A stretch of DNA of 63,795 nucleotides, counting the filler, from Reclinomonas americana ATCC 50394 (taxonomy: Eukaryota), in NCBI GenBank assembly GCA_048213135.1. It is 20 parts of 20 records of this genome, joined end to end, with 100 filler letters (N's around TTAATTAATTAA, not from the genome) between each part and the next. Parts side by side here need not be neighbours in the genome. Positions count along the whole stretch, not along the records: positions 11,496 to 14,009 come from AFZH01020716.1; positions 14,110 to 15,748 come from AFZH01020717.1; positions 15,849 to 18,101 come from AFZH01020718.1; positions 18,202 to 27,411 come from AFZH01020719.1; 16 more parts are not named here. One strand, given 5' to 3'. Below the pieces are notes generated by a model that was not told the origin of the DNA, made no database searches, and saw only the letters and a list, made by a program, of their open reading frames with translations. Positions 12,133 to 25,400 of this stretch are shown piece after piece (within the stretch, counting starts at the first letter, position 1; every line of letters starts with the position of its first letter). Made by a program: the position numbers and the translations under genes.

Positions 12133-14120
12133 GAGGAGAAGGAAGAGAGTGTACGACAAAGAAGAAGAGAGAAAGAGGAAGGAAGAGCGCGTGTGCGTGA
12201 GAGAGCGCGTCTGAGAAGTCGAGGAAGGCACTTGCGAAAAGTTTCGTCCCCTTCCCTCTCCTCCCTTCCCTGCTCTCTTGCACATGTACGTGCTCTCGTG
12301 TTCACACGCAGCGCACGTGTCGCCGTCAGAGACAAGTTCTCGAGACCGTCCCAAGAGCGCATCTGAGTTTGCGAAAGTTCTCACCCCTCGTCATCCCTCC
12401 TCATCTCTCCTCCTCTCCTCTTTCTTGCACATGCACGTGCTCCTGTGCGCACACGCCGCTCGTACGTTGTTGCCGTCAGAGAGACAACATCAGCATTTGT
12501 GAACACGTGTCTCCGTCGTCCCGAAGCGAACACACAATTCTCTTCGGAGGAATGTTGTGCATGCGTTGTGTGCACTCTTCCTCGTGTTTGGCGACGTTAT
12601 CTGTGTTGGGCGCGGGGTTTGCGTTGCGAGTGTCGGTGACTTGCATTCGTTCGTCAGTTTGATTTCGTGAGTCACTCTCCTGGAGAGAAGCAGAGAGCTG
12701 TGAGAGGTCGAGACGTACAGCTGGATTGTGAGAGCAAGAAGCTGCGGAAGTCGCGGCGAATGCGTGCCAGTGTGAGAGTGAGACGGCAAGAGTTTTCAGG
12801 GTTCATGCGAGAATGAGAAAGAGAGCAGACGCAACGCAAAGCTTCGAGGGAGCAGACAACAATGTGCGTTCGAATGCGGGGTGTAAGTGAGGAAGAGAGA
12901 GAAACCACGGAAGACTCGGATGGTGCGAGACTTTTCAGGATTCGGCGTCAATGAGTGAGAAAGAGAGACAGAGCGAGAAAGAAGCGGAAGACATGGCTTG
13001 CGATTCTTTGTTTTGCGAGTTTTTCCCTCTCTCTCCCTCACTCACCTTCGCGCAGAGAGGACCGCGCTCAACTACGACTGCCCTTGTCGCTGGATAACGT
13101 AAAAGTACTCTCCACGGTGCTGACCAAGTACTCGGAGGTATTCTTCTGGCGAATCCTCCTGTCGTACACGCTGCTGTACATCTTGTGAGTGGTAACATGG
13201 AGCAAGTCATGTATGTGCCACTCGAGTCGCTTACCTTTGCCAACAGCCTGCAAACCTTCTGCATCCCCGGCACTGTGTTCCTCAACTTGCTGGGTGGTGC
13301 GATTTTTGGCACGCCAATCGGCTTCTGTGCCGGGCTATTCGTTGCGTTTACGTCGGTGGTAGTGGGCGTGCATTTGCGTGTGGGACACAGGTTCCAGCTC
13401 ATCGTCGTCTCTCGCCTCGTCATTTCTCGCCTCTCTTTTTCTGGGACTCGCTGTCTCTCGCCTCTCTGTCTCTCTCGCCTCTTCATCTCTTGCCTCTTCA
13501 TCTCTTGCCTCATCGTCTCTCGCCTCGCTGTCTCTCTCGTCGTCGTCTCTCGCCTCTCTGTCTCTCGCCTCTCTGTCTCTCGCTCTCGCTGTCTCTCGCT
13601 CTCGCTGTCTCTCGCTCTCGCTGTCTCTCGCCACGCCGTCTCTCGCCTCGTCGTCTCTCTCGCCTCGTCGTCTCTCGCCTCGCTGTCTCTCGCCTCGCTG
13701 TCTCTCGCCTCGCTGTCTCTCGCCTCGCCTCGCTGTCTCTCGCCCTCGCCGTCTCTCGCCTCGTCGTCTCTCGCCTCGCTGTCTCTCGCCCTCGCTGTCT
13801 CTCGCTCTTGCTGTCTCTCGCCTCGCTGTCTCTCGCTCTAGCTGTCTCTCGCTCTCGCTGTTTCTCGCTCTCGCTGTCTCTCGCCCTCGTTGTCTCTCGC
13901 TCTCGCTGTCTCTTGCTCTCACTGTCTCTCCTCGCTGTCTCTCGCCTCTCGCTGTCTCTTGCTCTCGCTGTCTCTCTCCTCGCTGTCTCTCGCCTCTCGC
14001 TGTCTCTCGNNNNNNNNNNNNNNNNNNNNNNNNNNNNNNNNNNNNNNNNNNNNTTAATTAATTAANNNNNNNNNNNNNNNNNNNNNNNNNNNNNNNNNNN
14101 NNNNNNNNNGTCGCTCTCGT

Positions 14121-14172
<52 letters not shown>

Positions 14173-14688
14173 CCTCCCTTACCCCCTTCTCCCTTATCCC
14201 CTCTCCCTTACCCCCTTCTCCCCTTATCCCCCTTCTCCTCTCCCACACAGTGCGCCACGGTCGGCGCCTCCTGCTGCTACGGCCTCTCCGCCGTGTTCGG
14301 CGTGCGCCTCATCCGCCGCCTCCTCCCGCAACGCTTGCGCTTCCAGGAGCGCCTCGACTATCTCAACGCGCGCATCGCCGAGAACAAGGACACCCTCTTC
14401 TACTACATGTTTGCGTTGCGCGTGTCGCCGCTGCTGCCGAACTGGTTCATCAACCTGTCGTCGCCGTTGGTGGGTGTGCCGTACTGGTATTTCGGCGTGC
14501 CCACCTGTCTCGGCATCATTCCGGCCACCATTATTGTGGTGTCGGCGGGGCGCGAGTTGCAGTCGATCACCGATCCGTCGCAGTTGATCACGCCGGCGAC
14601 GTTGTTGAAGTTTTTGGGGTTGGGGTTGGTGTCGCTGATTCCGCCATTGTTGAAGAAGTGGTTGAGTAAGAGGACGAAGCAGGAGTGA
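11733..14688 (+). CDS. TMEM41B: TMEM41B/stasimon-like VTT (SNARE-associated Golgi) domain protein
   Basis: Exon 1 ..RAKLVTAVLLALLLLTLSYLALPPIES splices to EDRAQLRLPLSLDNVKVLSTVLTKY, then LQTFCIPGTVFLNLLGGAIFG, CATVGASCCYGLS, FYYMFALRVSPLLPNWFINLSSPLVGVP and SAGRELQSI. Ends KRTKQE*. Start could alternatively be Met 11817. Confidence 0.9.
13400..14009. repeat. Intronic (CTCGCTGTCT/CTCGC)n degenerate microsatellite
   Basis: Directly visible. Confidence 0.95.
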
Positions 14689-14880
14689 GTGAGAGTGAGA
14701 GTGAGGGAAGGGCGTGTGTGGTGCTTGTAGAGGTGGGCACAAGGAGAAGTGAATGCGTGTGCAATTCTATGATGTCGTGTAGATGGGATAGGATTGTTCA
14801 GGGGGTGTTTTTGTGGTACGGCCACCTCTGATCCGGTTGCGGTGATTGACACCGACACCTATTGTAATCTATCACACCAG

Positions 14881-15186
14881 CCAGCACGCGATTGCTTGGT
14901 TTTGCCTCCTGAAAGGGAAGATGACTGTTTGGAGAAGAATATCGTTGTTTGTGCCTTCTTGGTCATTGTCGGCAAGGGATTTGTGGACATTTGTCGCATT
15001 ATCGGAATGTGGTGAATGAAGTGTTTTGTTTTTCTTCATTCACCACATTCCAATTATGCGACAACTGTCCACAAATCCCTTGCCGACGATGACCATTGGC
15101 ACACCAACAGTATAAAACACATAGATAAATCGTCTCCAACAGTCATCTTCCCTTTCAGGAGACAAAGCCAATCAAACGCGTGTTGG
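14881..15186. repeat. ~305-bp imperfect palindrome (fold-back) made of two inverted copies of a dispersed repeat
   Basis: GGAATGTGGTGAATGAAG (15004-15021) pairs with CTTCATTCACCACATTCC (15034-15051) across a 12-nt loop. Outer arms CTCCTGAAAGGGAAGATGACTGTT and AACAGTCATCTTCCCTTTCAGGAG also pair. Confidence 0.93.
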
Positions 15187-15422
15187 CCTCAAAAGGATCT
15201 CGTGGCGCATTGTTATCTGTTTTATTTGAATTAGTTGCTTTCTTGCCGCTTATTGTTCCTCTTGCTCTTGCTCTTGTTGTTCCTCTTGCTCTTGCTCTTG
15301 TTGTTGCTGCTGTGGCTATTGCGACTGCAGTTGTTGTTGTTACTGTTGTTGCCCGAAATGACGACGCGCTGAGAATTATATTGAGCTCATCGCCCTCGTC
15401 CTTCTAACTCTCCCTTCCTCTC

Positions 15423-18101
15423 TCAGCCACTCACTCGCCACGCCGCCGACAGGCCCTCCGACAGCACCACAAATGGCACCACCTCGTAGTCGGGATACTT
15501 CTCCCGAAGGCTCGTCGCATACTGCAGCACCTGTTTCTCGGCGTCGACTACTGTCATGGCAAGTGCCCTCGAGTCTCGCTCAATGTCATAAGCATCGATA
15601 TCGCAGCAAGTGTACCACACGGCAATCAGTCGCGCCCGGTCTTCGTCGGTGATGAGCTGCAGGTTCGCCTGCACATGCACATGCATCGAGTGAGCGCAGC
15701 GAGCATCCACCACCACCACAAACATAAGGGGCACGCGGGTACCGGGAGNNNNNNNNNNNNNNNNNNNNNNNNNNNNNNNNNNNNNNNNNNNNTTAATTAA
15801 TTAANNNNNNNNNNNNNNNNNNNNNNNNNNNNNNNNNNNNNNNNNNNNATGTCACGGCTGAACACGCGCGCGCCACTCACACAAGCCGTGGCATTAGCGA
15901 TCGCTTGGCCTGTCACTTCTGGCAGGGAGTACTTTCTCGAGAGTGGCAAGAGCTGCCTCGATTCTCCGCGCATCGATCGCCGAGTTCTGCCCCCCGTGAG
16001 ATTCTTCACGACAATTAAGCGCATAGTTAAACATGGCCATTGGTGGAGCTTCGTTGAACTCGATCACTAGGATGCGTTTCGGAGACTCTGTGAAAATCGC
16101 CATGTCGCAGAATCGTGACTTGCGTCTGCGCCGACCCTGCTCGCCAAAGAGTGAGTGCAGCCGTCAGTAGACGTCGCACAATAGGTAGCAACCATCGCTC
16201 ACCCCCAGACTGACATCCAGTCGAAACTCCACCTTCACCGGCATGTTTGCCCTGGCGAGCTGCAAGTAAAAGGCCTCCACAACATGTTGTGCGCCCCTCT
16301 CCACCTCCGGACTGCCGACACTACGCCTTCGAGTTTCCAGCCACTCCTTGCAGACGTCGTGCAGAGGAGCAACGTTGAGATCACTGTCGCTGTGCGGTGG
16401 GCATCCTGAAAGGAGGAGGAGGGCGAGAAACTGGGCATGGAATAAACCTGAGGAGTGCACTGCAGGCGACTGGGTCGGCATTCTGCACGAGGCGCTCGAG
16501 AATGCAGGCGCGTGTGTTCTCGTTCGCCACCACCAGCGCTGGTTAGGAAAGCTTGAGCGCGGGGGAAGACACAAAAAGGCGACATCGTGAAACACAACTC
16601 TTGCCATCTGCCGCGACGGTGTACGCGCCAATGTACTGGCAGAACAGTGCGAACATGGGTGCGTCGACATCGGCAATGCTACCGCACGGAATTACTCTCA
16701 TGGCATGGTCTTGAGGGAGCGGAACCGTGATCTCGGAGTCATGTATCACACCGAGCAGTGCCGCCAGCTGCTCAGGGTCGACCATCCACCGCAGTTCAGC
16801 GGCGCTCAGCTCGACTCTCGAGAATCTCGTCTTCACGTCGTTGTCCCCATCTTGCACACACTGTGACTGGCATCACTCAGTAATAATGCTGCGAACGGAC
16901 CAGCAAACATAAGGGGAGAGCAGCAGGGACACACCCGCAGGTATGACATGACTTGGTTGGTGCAGTACAGGGGAATGGCATCTGGGGACGGAAAGAACCG
17001 AAAGCCCTCGTAGTGCTGGCGAATGACGGCGCGGTAAAACAGCTTCTCGTCGGCAGACAGTGGGTGAGTGCCGTTGACTTGCACGCGATCCAACAGCAGA
17101 TCAACCTCGGCGCCCGTCAGACCGCACACGGCTTGTGTTCTCTCGCAGAACGTCCAGTCCGAGCTGATGCAGAAGCCACTAGCCGCAGTAACCTCGTTGA
17201 CGAGCAGAGGAAGCACTCTGCAGGCAGACGAAGCGTCAGTGTCGAGCAACAGCGGCGGGTCGTACATAAAGAGACAGGCACACGCAGCGCACCCAGTGAC
17301 CAACACGGATTTCAACCCCATGGCGTTGTTCTGCATGCAAACCAAAAAGTCCTTGACTCCAGAATCAGCAATCAACCCCTCGTAATTGCCCATGTATTCA
17401 CCGCCATTCAGCACGGGCACGAATGGCAGATCGGACCCGTCGATCAAGACTACAAGCTGCATATGCGCATCAGCAAGGGAATTCTTTCCACCGGGTAAAG
17501 ATTGTGATGCAATCATCGACACACCTGCCTGCCAAGCAGACGCACTGCGTTGCACATGACCAGGAAGTAGTGGTTCGCATTGTTGATGTTGCGTTGACCA
17601 AAGTCACAGCAACCATGCAGCTCCGGGTATCGTTCCAAGAACGGCCGGACGCAGTCCTCAACAAAAAACGCATTGAATGCTTCGTTCGGATGCACGCTTG
17701 TTTGATCAAACATCGAGTATCTGAACTTCAGCGGCGACATGTCGATCCGCAGCACATAATGCTGGCACGGAAGGTGATTACGGTGCACCTCGTGGATGCG
17801 AGTCACGATATGTAAATCCTGCGACGATTACAGATGAGGGAGAAAGTGCGAGAGATAAAAAAGGCGAGTAAATACAAACAAGAGAAGAACGGAGAGATAC
17901 AATCGGATTACGGTTGCGACTGCTCCGTTCTTCTCTTCCAGAAACCTCAGTATACTAAACAGTAACTATCACAAACCTTGAAAAAGCGCTCGAATGCGCT
18001 CGCCCCTTCGTCGGCCCGCCCAGCAAGTAGACGCTCGTGCAGTGCAGACACGGCGCGCTCATGTGTGGTACGGATGTCTGTGACCGACAGACTGCTGGCC
18101 A
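15423..18101 (-). CDS. AAA-ATPase-like domain plus PD-(D/E)XK nuclease-like protein, divergent; 5' end lost in gap
   Basis: FERFFK|DLHI..QHYVLRIDMS, LVVLIDGSD (Walker-B position), VLVTG..PL, CGLTGAEV, HYEGFRF..LYCTNQV, LVVANE, FCDMAIF..ILVIEFN and AEKQVLQY. Motif order matches the AAA-ATPase-like/PD-(D/E)XK fusion family. GT-AG introns. Confidence 0.75.
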
Positions 18102-18337
18102 NNNNNNNNNNNNNNNNNNNNNNNNNNNNNNNNNNNNNNNNNNNNTTAATTAATTAANNNNNNNNNNNNNNNNNNNNNNNNNNNNNNNNNNNNNNNNNNN
18201 NTGAGGGGGAAGGGAGGGGGGAAGGGGGGAATGGAAAGGGGGAAAGGGGGTGTGCGTGAGCACACAGACGATTTCTTCCGTAGCGATCAGTCACCAACAA
18301 ACGGGGGGCTTTTCACTTGCTTTGCAAATAAAAGTAG

Positions 18338-18752
18338 AACGATTGGAGACGACGAATTTGAAATGAGTTGGCTCCTGATCGTTCTACTCCAGAAACCTCA
18401 GTATGTCTAACAACAACTATCACATGTCCACGAATTGCTTGCCGATAATGACGTTGGCACACCAACAATATATGTACACATACTAATGAAGTGCACTGAG
18501 ACACACACAACAAGCATCTACCAGTGATCATTGCTAATAATAATAGAAAATTCACTGAGACACACAACAATGAGCATCTACCAGTGATCGCCAACAAGTC
18601 TCGTGTGCTTTCCTTCTACAATAATAATAGAAACTTCACTGAGACACACAGAACAATGAGCATCTACCAGTGATCGCCAACAACTTCTCCTAAAGTCAGC
18701 TTCCCTCCAGGACTATCAAACGCGTGTTGGCCTCAAAAAGATTTTCGTGCGC
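18338..18752 (+). repeat. Diverged copy of the dispersed repeat of 15034-15208, interrupted by a short tandem array
   Basis: TGTCCAC..CTTGCCGA..TGGCACACCAACA and ATCAAACGCGTGTTGGCCTCAAAA are shared with 15066-15193. TCCAGAA.CCTCAGTA is shared with ~17937 and ~28231. CACTGAGACACAC..GCATCTACCAGTGATC occurs three times. Confidence 0.75.
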
Positions 18753-19064
18753 CGACGTAGACTCTGACACATGCAACGCCAGTCGTGCTCTCTCTCCCCT
18801 CACATGAAGACTCAAAACTCACTCAACGCTCTTTGCTCATCTCTCTCTCTTTCTCTCTCTCTCTCTCCTGGTATTCATAATGCCTGTCTTGCAGGACCAT
18901 CGGACAACGCTCACCTCCAACGACAGATGCAGTCGCGACCGCAGAAGTGGTGAATGACGCGCGGGTGGCGGCTGCGCACAGACGCATCATTGGTGGAGAT
19001 TAATCTACAGAAGCGACGGCGAGATGTCCTGTGCAAAAATCGTGACGTTCTTGTCAAGAGTGTT

Positions 19065-19310
19065 AAGGGTCAAGAGTTGATCATTAGAGTGGAGTAGAGA
19101 CATTGATTGCGTGCACACACACCGGTCAAGGGTTGAGGTGGAGAACGCTAATTGATCACACTCATGCCGATCAAGGGTTGAGGGTGGAGAGAGACACTGA
19201 TTGCACGCACACACCGATCAAGGGTTGAGGGTGGAGGCAGACACAAATTACACGCACACACCTATCAACGGTTGAGGTGGAGGAGAGACACTGATTGCAC
19301 GCACCGATCG
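19065..19310. repeat. ~50-58-bp tandem repeat (ATCAAGGGTTGAGGGTGGAG..CACTGATTGCACGCAC)
   Basis: 4-5 degenerate copies. Confidence 0.8.
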
Positions 19311-19418
19311 CGATCTGAAGTAGAGCACACTGGCCACACACAAATATCAAGAATCAGCGCGATCGCAACGGTGGTACAACATTGACTCGGATCTAATGCT
19401 CTTGTTCGGTACACTGAA

Positions 19419-22400
19419 TCAAGCAGCGCCAGCGACCATTCCATCGTGTTCTAATCTGTTGTCATCTTCGTGAGCAGCCTCCAGGAGCGGCGCATGAAGC
19501 GTTGACTCTCCGGCAACTTTCACATGATGGCTCGCGCCCAATTGCATCTCGATTTCTGCGGCACGTGGAAGGAATTCAGTGCGGCGCAAGAGTGCGGGTA
19601 GGGAAGAGAGTGACAGAAATGAAAGAGAGAGAGAGAGAGAGAGTGGATGAGGTGGGGGTACAGAGAGGGAAATAGAGTGCGCATCGAGAGCCACTGCCTG
19701 TCAGCCGACTCACCGTCAGAAGCTGTGGATCCTTGTGTCTGACGCCGTCTACAAAGCGTCATCACAGCCTTGACAGCAGACAGCACCACGGGACCAACCA
19801 GCACCGCACCAGCCAGCGAGAGTACCACGATGCACGTGACGACCTTGAATCGCGTGGACGCCTGTGATGCGAACACGGTAGAGATAATCACCAGCGAGCC
19901 GAGACCGATGGCCTGCCAAACACACAATGAGAATGCATGTGTGTCCAAACTTAACAGATGCGCGACTCACCTCCAGCACATTGTACAACAGTTGTTCATA
20001 CGCACGAACAACGAGGTGCACCGTGAGGAAGGCGACACACACCACCCACAGCGCCAGTGGGAGAATGTCGATTGATCCCGTGGCGGCGAGAGGGAAGAGC
20101 ACGGCGAGGACGATCAGACGTCGACAGAGTTGATAGCCTGGTATACAGGAAAGTGTGAGCGAGAAGTAATGCTCGATGTGGTGGTGATCTACATCTGTAA
20201 TACTGCTGGTGGGGTAATACAATTCTATTGTGGTCCTTTGCATTCCCATACTGCGTGCCTGCTTGTCTCTCAGTCTGTCGTGCGTGTACGAGACTCATTT
20301 CGACGATAAGTGGCATTGGTGTAACTGTTTGCTGTGCGTAGTCAGGAAGCGCAAATCTTATCTTGAATGTGAAATAGTGACACACAGTGCAGCTAATCAA
20401 GCATCAGTGCGCCAGTGCGAATTGTGATCTCTCTGCTCTCAGCGACTTGTGCCCTAATTTGCCGTGCGTACTCAGGAAGCGCAAATGTTATCTTGAATAA
20501 GAAAGAGAGCACAAGAATGAAATAGAGAGTACAGTGGAGAAACGAACAAGCATCAGTGCGCCCGTGTGTTCTCTGATCTCTCTCCTCACAGCGACCTGTG
20601 CCATAATTTGCTGGGCGTACCCAGCGTGCAGCAGAGAAGTAAACAATCAAGCATCAGTGCGCCAGTGTGAATTCTGATCTCTCTGCTCTCAGCAACTTGT
20701 GCCATAAGTCGCTGTGCGTCCAAGCAAGTGCAGCAGAGAAGCAAACAATCAAATGTCTATGTACCTATGTGTTCTCTGATCTCTCTGCTCTGAGCGACTT
20801 GTGCCATAATTTGCTGTGCGTACCCAGCAAGCGCAATACCTTGTTGTACCGCAGAGAATACAGCACATCAGCAAACAATCATACGTCAGTGCGCCTGTGT
20901 GCACTCTGACCTCTCAACTCTCAGCAACCTTTGGGCACGATTTGCAGTGCGTACACAGCACGCGCATTACCTTCTTTGTACCGCAGAGAATACAGCACAG
21001 GAGCAAACAATCAAACGTCTATGGGCCTATGCGTACTCAAGCATCCCATAACTTGCTGTGCGTAACCGCGTAGAATACAGCACAGAAGCAAACAATCAAA
21101 CGTCTATGTGCCTATGTGCGTTCAGATCTAACTCTGTATCTCAACCACCCCTTCTCTTCATCTCACCTTGATACCACACCACCGGAGGCCGGAAGTGGTC
21201 GTACAACACACCGAATCGTCGTCGAGTCTGTCGCACAGGCGTGAGGCCATGTCATCTCACGCTGATTACTCTTGTCACCACTGACCTTCTCGTCACGCAG
21301 TCTTTTCTGCCGGCGCAAGCGCACCGTCCACCACACCACCAACACTGGCACACTGAGAGTGGCTGCCAACAGCACGGCAAAAAGCGGAATCAGTCGCTGC
21401 CACCTGCACACGCATGTTTGCTGATCAGCACGGAATCAGACGGTCACGCAGCTGCAAATAAAACGCAACACTCCCTGGTAGCACACAATGCTGGGCGAGA
21501 AGAGAACCACATGACTGTCGCCAACCTCCGTGCACGTGAAGAACGTGATTGCCGTCTCTGCCAAACCCTCGTACGCTCCCAGCAGCAGCACAACCGTTGT
21601 CAGGATGTAGTGGTGCGGTGATGCAACGAGCTTGAACCACACGACAAATCGCGGCCATCGTCCGCTCGTCGAGCCGCGGTGGATGCAACGAGCCAACACC
21701 TTTACGAGCAGCCAGTGGAAGCCGAAACAGGCCCACAAGATCGCCAGCGACACAAATGGCGACACAACGCGAGCCAGCATGTCGCCCACAGCGTCGGTGT
21801 TGAAAGGGCAGCCGACATCAAGAATGCGCGGCACAACGAATGTGAGCAGCCGGTTGAGAGAGATGAGCTCCACGTTGGGGTAGAAGAGCAGCGTGGTGGT
21901 CTGGAGGGTGAAGATGATCATTTCGGCAGAGGCTGCAAGCAAACACAGAAGTGGGTTACTTTTGGGGACATTATTCAATCAACACGGGTTCTTCTCAAAT
22001 GCTTCCAGTTCTAATCGCAACTTCCTTCATGTCTTCTCTCGTCTCTTGCTGTCTCTCCTTCGACTATTACCTTCCACTTTTTGTTTCGTGTTACCATCTC
22101 TCTCCCGCTCGTTGTATCCCGCACTACTTGCGCCTTCCTTCATCGTACCTCTACTTTTCTCCTTTCCTCTTGTACTATTGCTCTTCTCGCCTCGCGTTCC
22201 CATCCCTTCCGTTCTCTTATCCCTTCCGTTCTCTTATCCTGGATTACACACCTCCACCGACATCAATCTGGAAGAAGACGTGGATAAAAAGCACAAAGAT
22301 CAACATCTTTGTAAACGTCCACAAGCGCGCCCATCCAGATGTTGATTCGCACGGAATACACAGTCCCTGCCACTGAGAGTAGCCCTCCTGTACATTTCAG

Positions 22401-25400
22401 TGAGTTCATCATCCTCCACTCGCTGCGCCGACATGTGACCCACCTTGCACGCTCCACACAGCGGCGAGTCCGACGCACGATGCGTCTCCTCATTGCAGTA
22501 CTCGGCATCGACGGCGACCAAAGTTTGACTGGCGTCGTCACCACGTTCGCAATAATCATAGGGACAGAGGTATGCCACCACAGTAGATGGTGGCGATACG
22601 AGCGTGCCTGTCCATCCTTTCGACAAGACACCCTCAATCTGCCAGTCAACATTGACTGGGAAGGTCCAGAACTGCGATTGCACTGCCATGTGCAGTCCGC
22701 CGAGGCAGTCGGCATTGGCTGGACACGGCACACACGTCTGGTTGAATGCGCTCGTCGGCAGCGCGTACTGGCCAGGAGGGCATTGCTGGCAGCCAATGTC
22801 CGTGTAACTGTAACCCGCTGGGCAAGCTGCCAGAGGCAATGAGAGCTCAGGTTGTGGGCCGACAAAGCCACCACCAGAGCCAGTGGTGATGCTGATGCTC
22901 ACAGAGTCGCTGCTGTCGCGCAGATGCGCGCGAATGCCTTGGGTCGGATTCGCCCCACGCTCGACAATCGTCAACTGGAATATCGCAGTTCCGGCCACAG
23001 TCGACTCCGACAGAGAGCTTGTCTGCGCAAGTGGACGGATCTCGTCAGCGTGGTTCCATCTTCATGGGTGTGAAAAGCATTGTGACTCACCTCCGGGCTG
23101 CAGCCAGAGGAGCAGGTGACACGTAACTGTGTGTTGTCCAGCGTGGACATGAACTGGCCAAAGACATCCGTAGCGTTCACCTGAACGATTCGAGGCTGCT
23201 GTGGCGACGGGTACGCAACGCCACTGGCCGAGTCTATCATCACAGAGTACAGCGCTGCAGAGAAGCGAGTTAGTAAGCAAAGATAACAGATAAGCACGAT
23301 GGAAGAGGAGCAAGAAGGAGACAAACAAGAGTACAGCGCTGCAGAGAATCGAGTTAGTACGCAAGATAGCAGATAAGCACAATGAAAGAGGAACGAGTAG
23401 GAGACAAACAGAGAAGAGTGCTACAGAGAAGCGAGTAGCAAGCAAAGGTTTTTAAAAAATAAGCACAATGAAAGACGAAAGAGTAGGAGACAAACAGAGT
23501 AGAGTGCTGCAGATAACAAATGGGCAAAATGAAAGAGGAACGAGTAGGAGACAAACAGAGTACAGTGCTGCAGAGAAGCAAGTGCAAGCAAAGATAGCAA
23601 ATAAGCGCAATAAAAGAAGCACGAGTAGGAGACAAACAGAGTAGAGTGCTACAGAGAAGCGAGTTAGCAAGCAAAGGTAAGAGATAAGCACAATGAAAGA
23701 GAAACGAGTAGGAGAAAAACAGAGTACAGTGCTGCAGATAACAAATAACAATGACAGAGGAACGAGTAGGAGACAAACAGAGTACAGGGCTACAAAGAAG
23801 CAAGTTAGCAAGAAAAGGTAACAAAAAAGCACAATAAAAGCACTAGTAGGAGACAAACAGAGTACAGTGCTGCAGATGACAAATGGGCACAATGAGTAGG
23901 AGACAAACAGAGTACAGGGCTACAGAGAAGCAAAGCAAGCAAAGGTAACAGATAAGCACAATGAAAGAGGAACGAGTAGGAGACAAACAGAGTAGAGTGC
24001 TGCAGATAACAAAAAATGAAAGAGGAATGAGTAGGAGACAAACAGAGTACAGGGCTACAGAGAAGCAAGTTAGCAAGCAAAGGTAACAAACGAGTAGGAA
24101 TGCTCGTTCATCACTTTCAGAAATGAAAGTATCCTGATCCTCTCTTCTCTTTTCTTTTGATTCACCTTGCCTTCTTCACCTTCTCCTCCTTCTGCTTGTT
24201 CCTCCTTCTCTTCCCTTATTCATCGTTTACCATCTCTTCCTTCTTCTTGTTCCTCTTCTCCTTCTCATCGTGACTCTTCTTGCCTTCTTCTTCCTTGCCT
24301 TCTCCATAAGTAACTACCAAATATGAACACGCTGACAACGCAACTGCTGCCGACATTATTCGCCAGCGAGTTGCTGGCCAGGTTTCCAGTAACATTCAGT
24401 TGCCGCTGCAGCATCCACGATGACCATCCACCAGCAGCAGTGAAGGACTGCGACACAGCGGCCAGCGTAGACGGCTTGCCGCCACCGTTCCAAAAGATGC
24501 CGCCACCGGCTCCTTCGCCCACCAGTCGCGGCTGACCTAGAGGCGCCACCGCCTGGTTACCAGACACAGATACACCAAACAGAAGCACGCCAACAGAACC
24601 AACTGTCGACTGCGTGATGTTGACGGCCAGGCCGCCACCGCGTGCTCCACTCCAGTTGTCAACAAACGACGTTGAGACAAAGGAAGTCACCGTCGTGTCC
24701 ACCACAGACGCTCCACCGCCGTCACCTCGCTCGGCCGTGTTGCTGACGAAACTAGTGTTGGAGCAGTTGAGCATGGAAGAGCCACCGGCAAAGAGGCCAC
24801 CACCCACTGTTGTCGCTGTGTTGTTCAACAGCAGCGAGCCCGTGATGTTCACTTGTGGACTGTTGTCCGTGTACACACCACCACCGTTCCCAGCCTGATT
24901 TCCCTCCACAGTCACCGCAGACATCATTACTTGCGCGGTCTCCGCTGCCGACACGCCACCACCGCCACCACCACCACCATCGACACGATTGGCGAACAGT
25001 CGCGATCCCCGCAGTGTGGTGCTTGAACTGCCGGCAGCATAGAATGCGCCGCCCCACAACTGTGCCCGACCACCACTCAGTGTGCTGCTCGTATCGAACC
25101 ACGTCCCCAGTCCCTGCGTGGTCACATGTCCCCCGGAGGTGGCTGCCAAGTTCCTCTGGAACTGGATTGTCGACGATGCAACGTAAGCTGACTGTGAGAC
25201 GTATATGCCGCCTCCGGCCAGCGAGGCATTGTTGGCCGCCACATAGCAGTTGGCAAGAGTGATCAACGAAAGGCCATCAGCGTACACGCCGCCACCATCT
25301 GCCGTCGCCTGATTGTTGTTGATAGACGTGCCCGTCAACGTATGATTGCTGTTCTGATCGGTGAACATGCCGCTGCCAAATGGGGCAGAATTTCCAACGA

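Noticed and set aside
11444..12283. Minus-strand ORF with poly-Asp
   Set aside because: Antisense shadow of TMEM41B exon 1 (poly-Ser).
16543..16545. Apparent in-frame stop suggesting the AAA/nuclease gene is a pseudogene
   Set aside because: It falls in the branch/acceptor region (CTAACCAG) of a plausible intron that restores DGKT-LVVANE.
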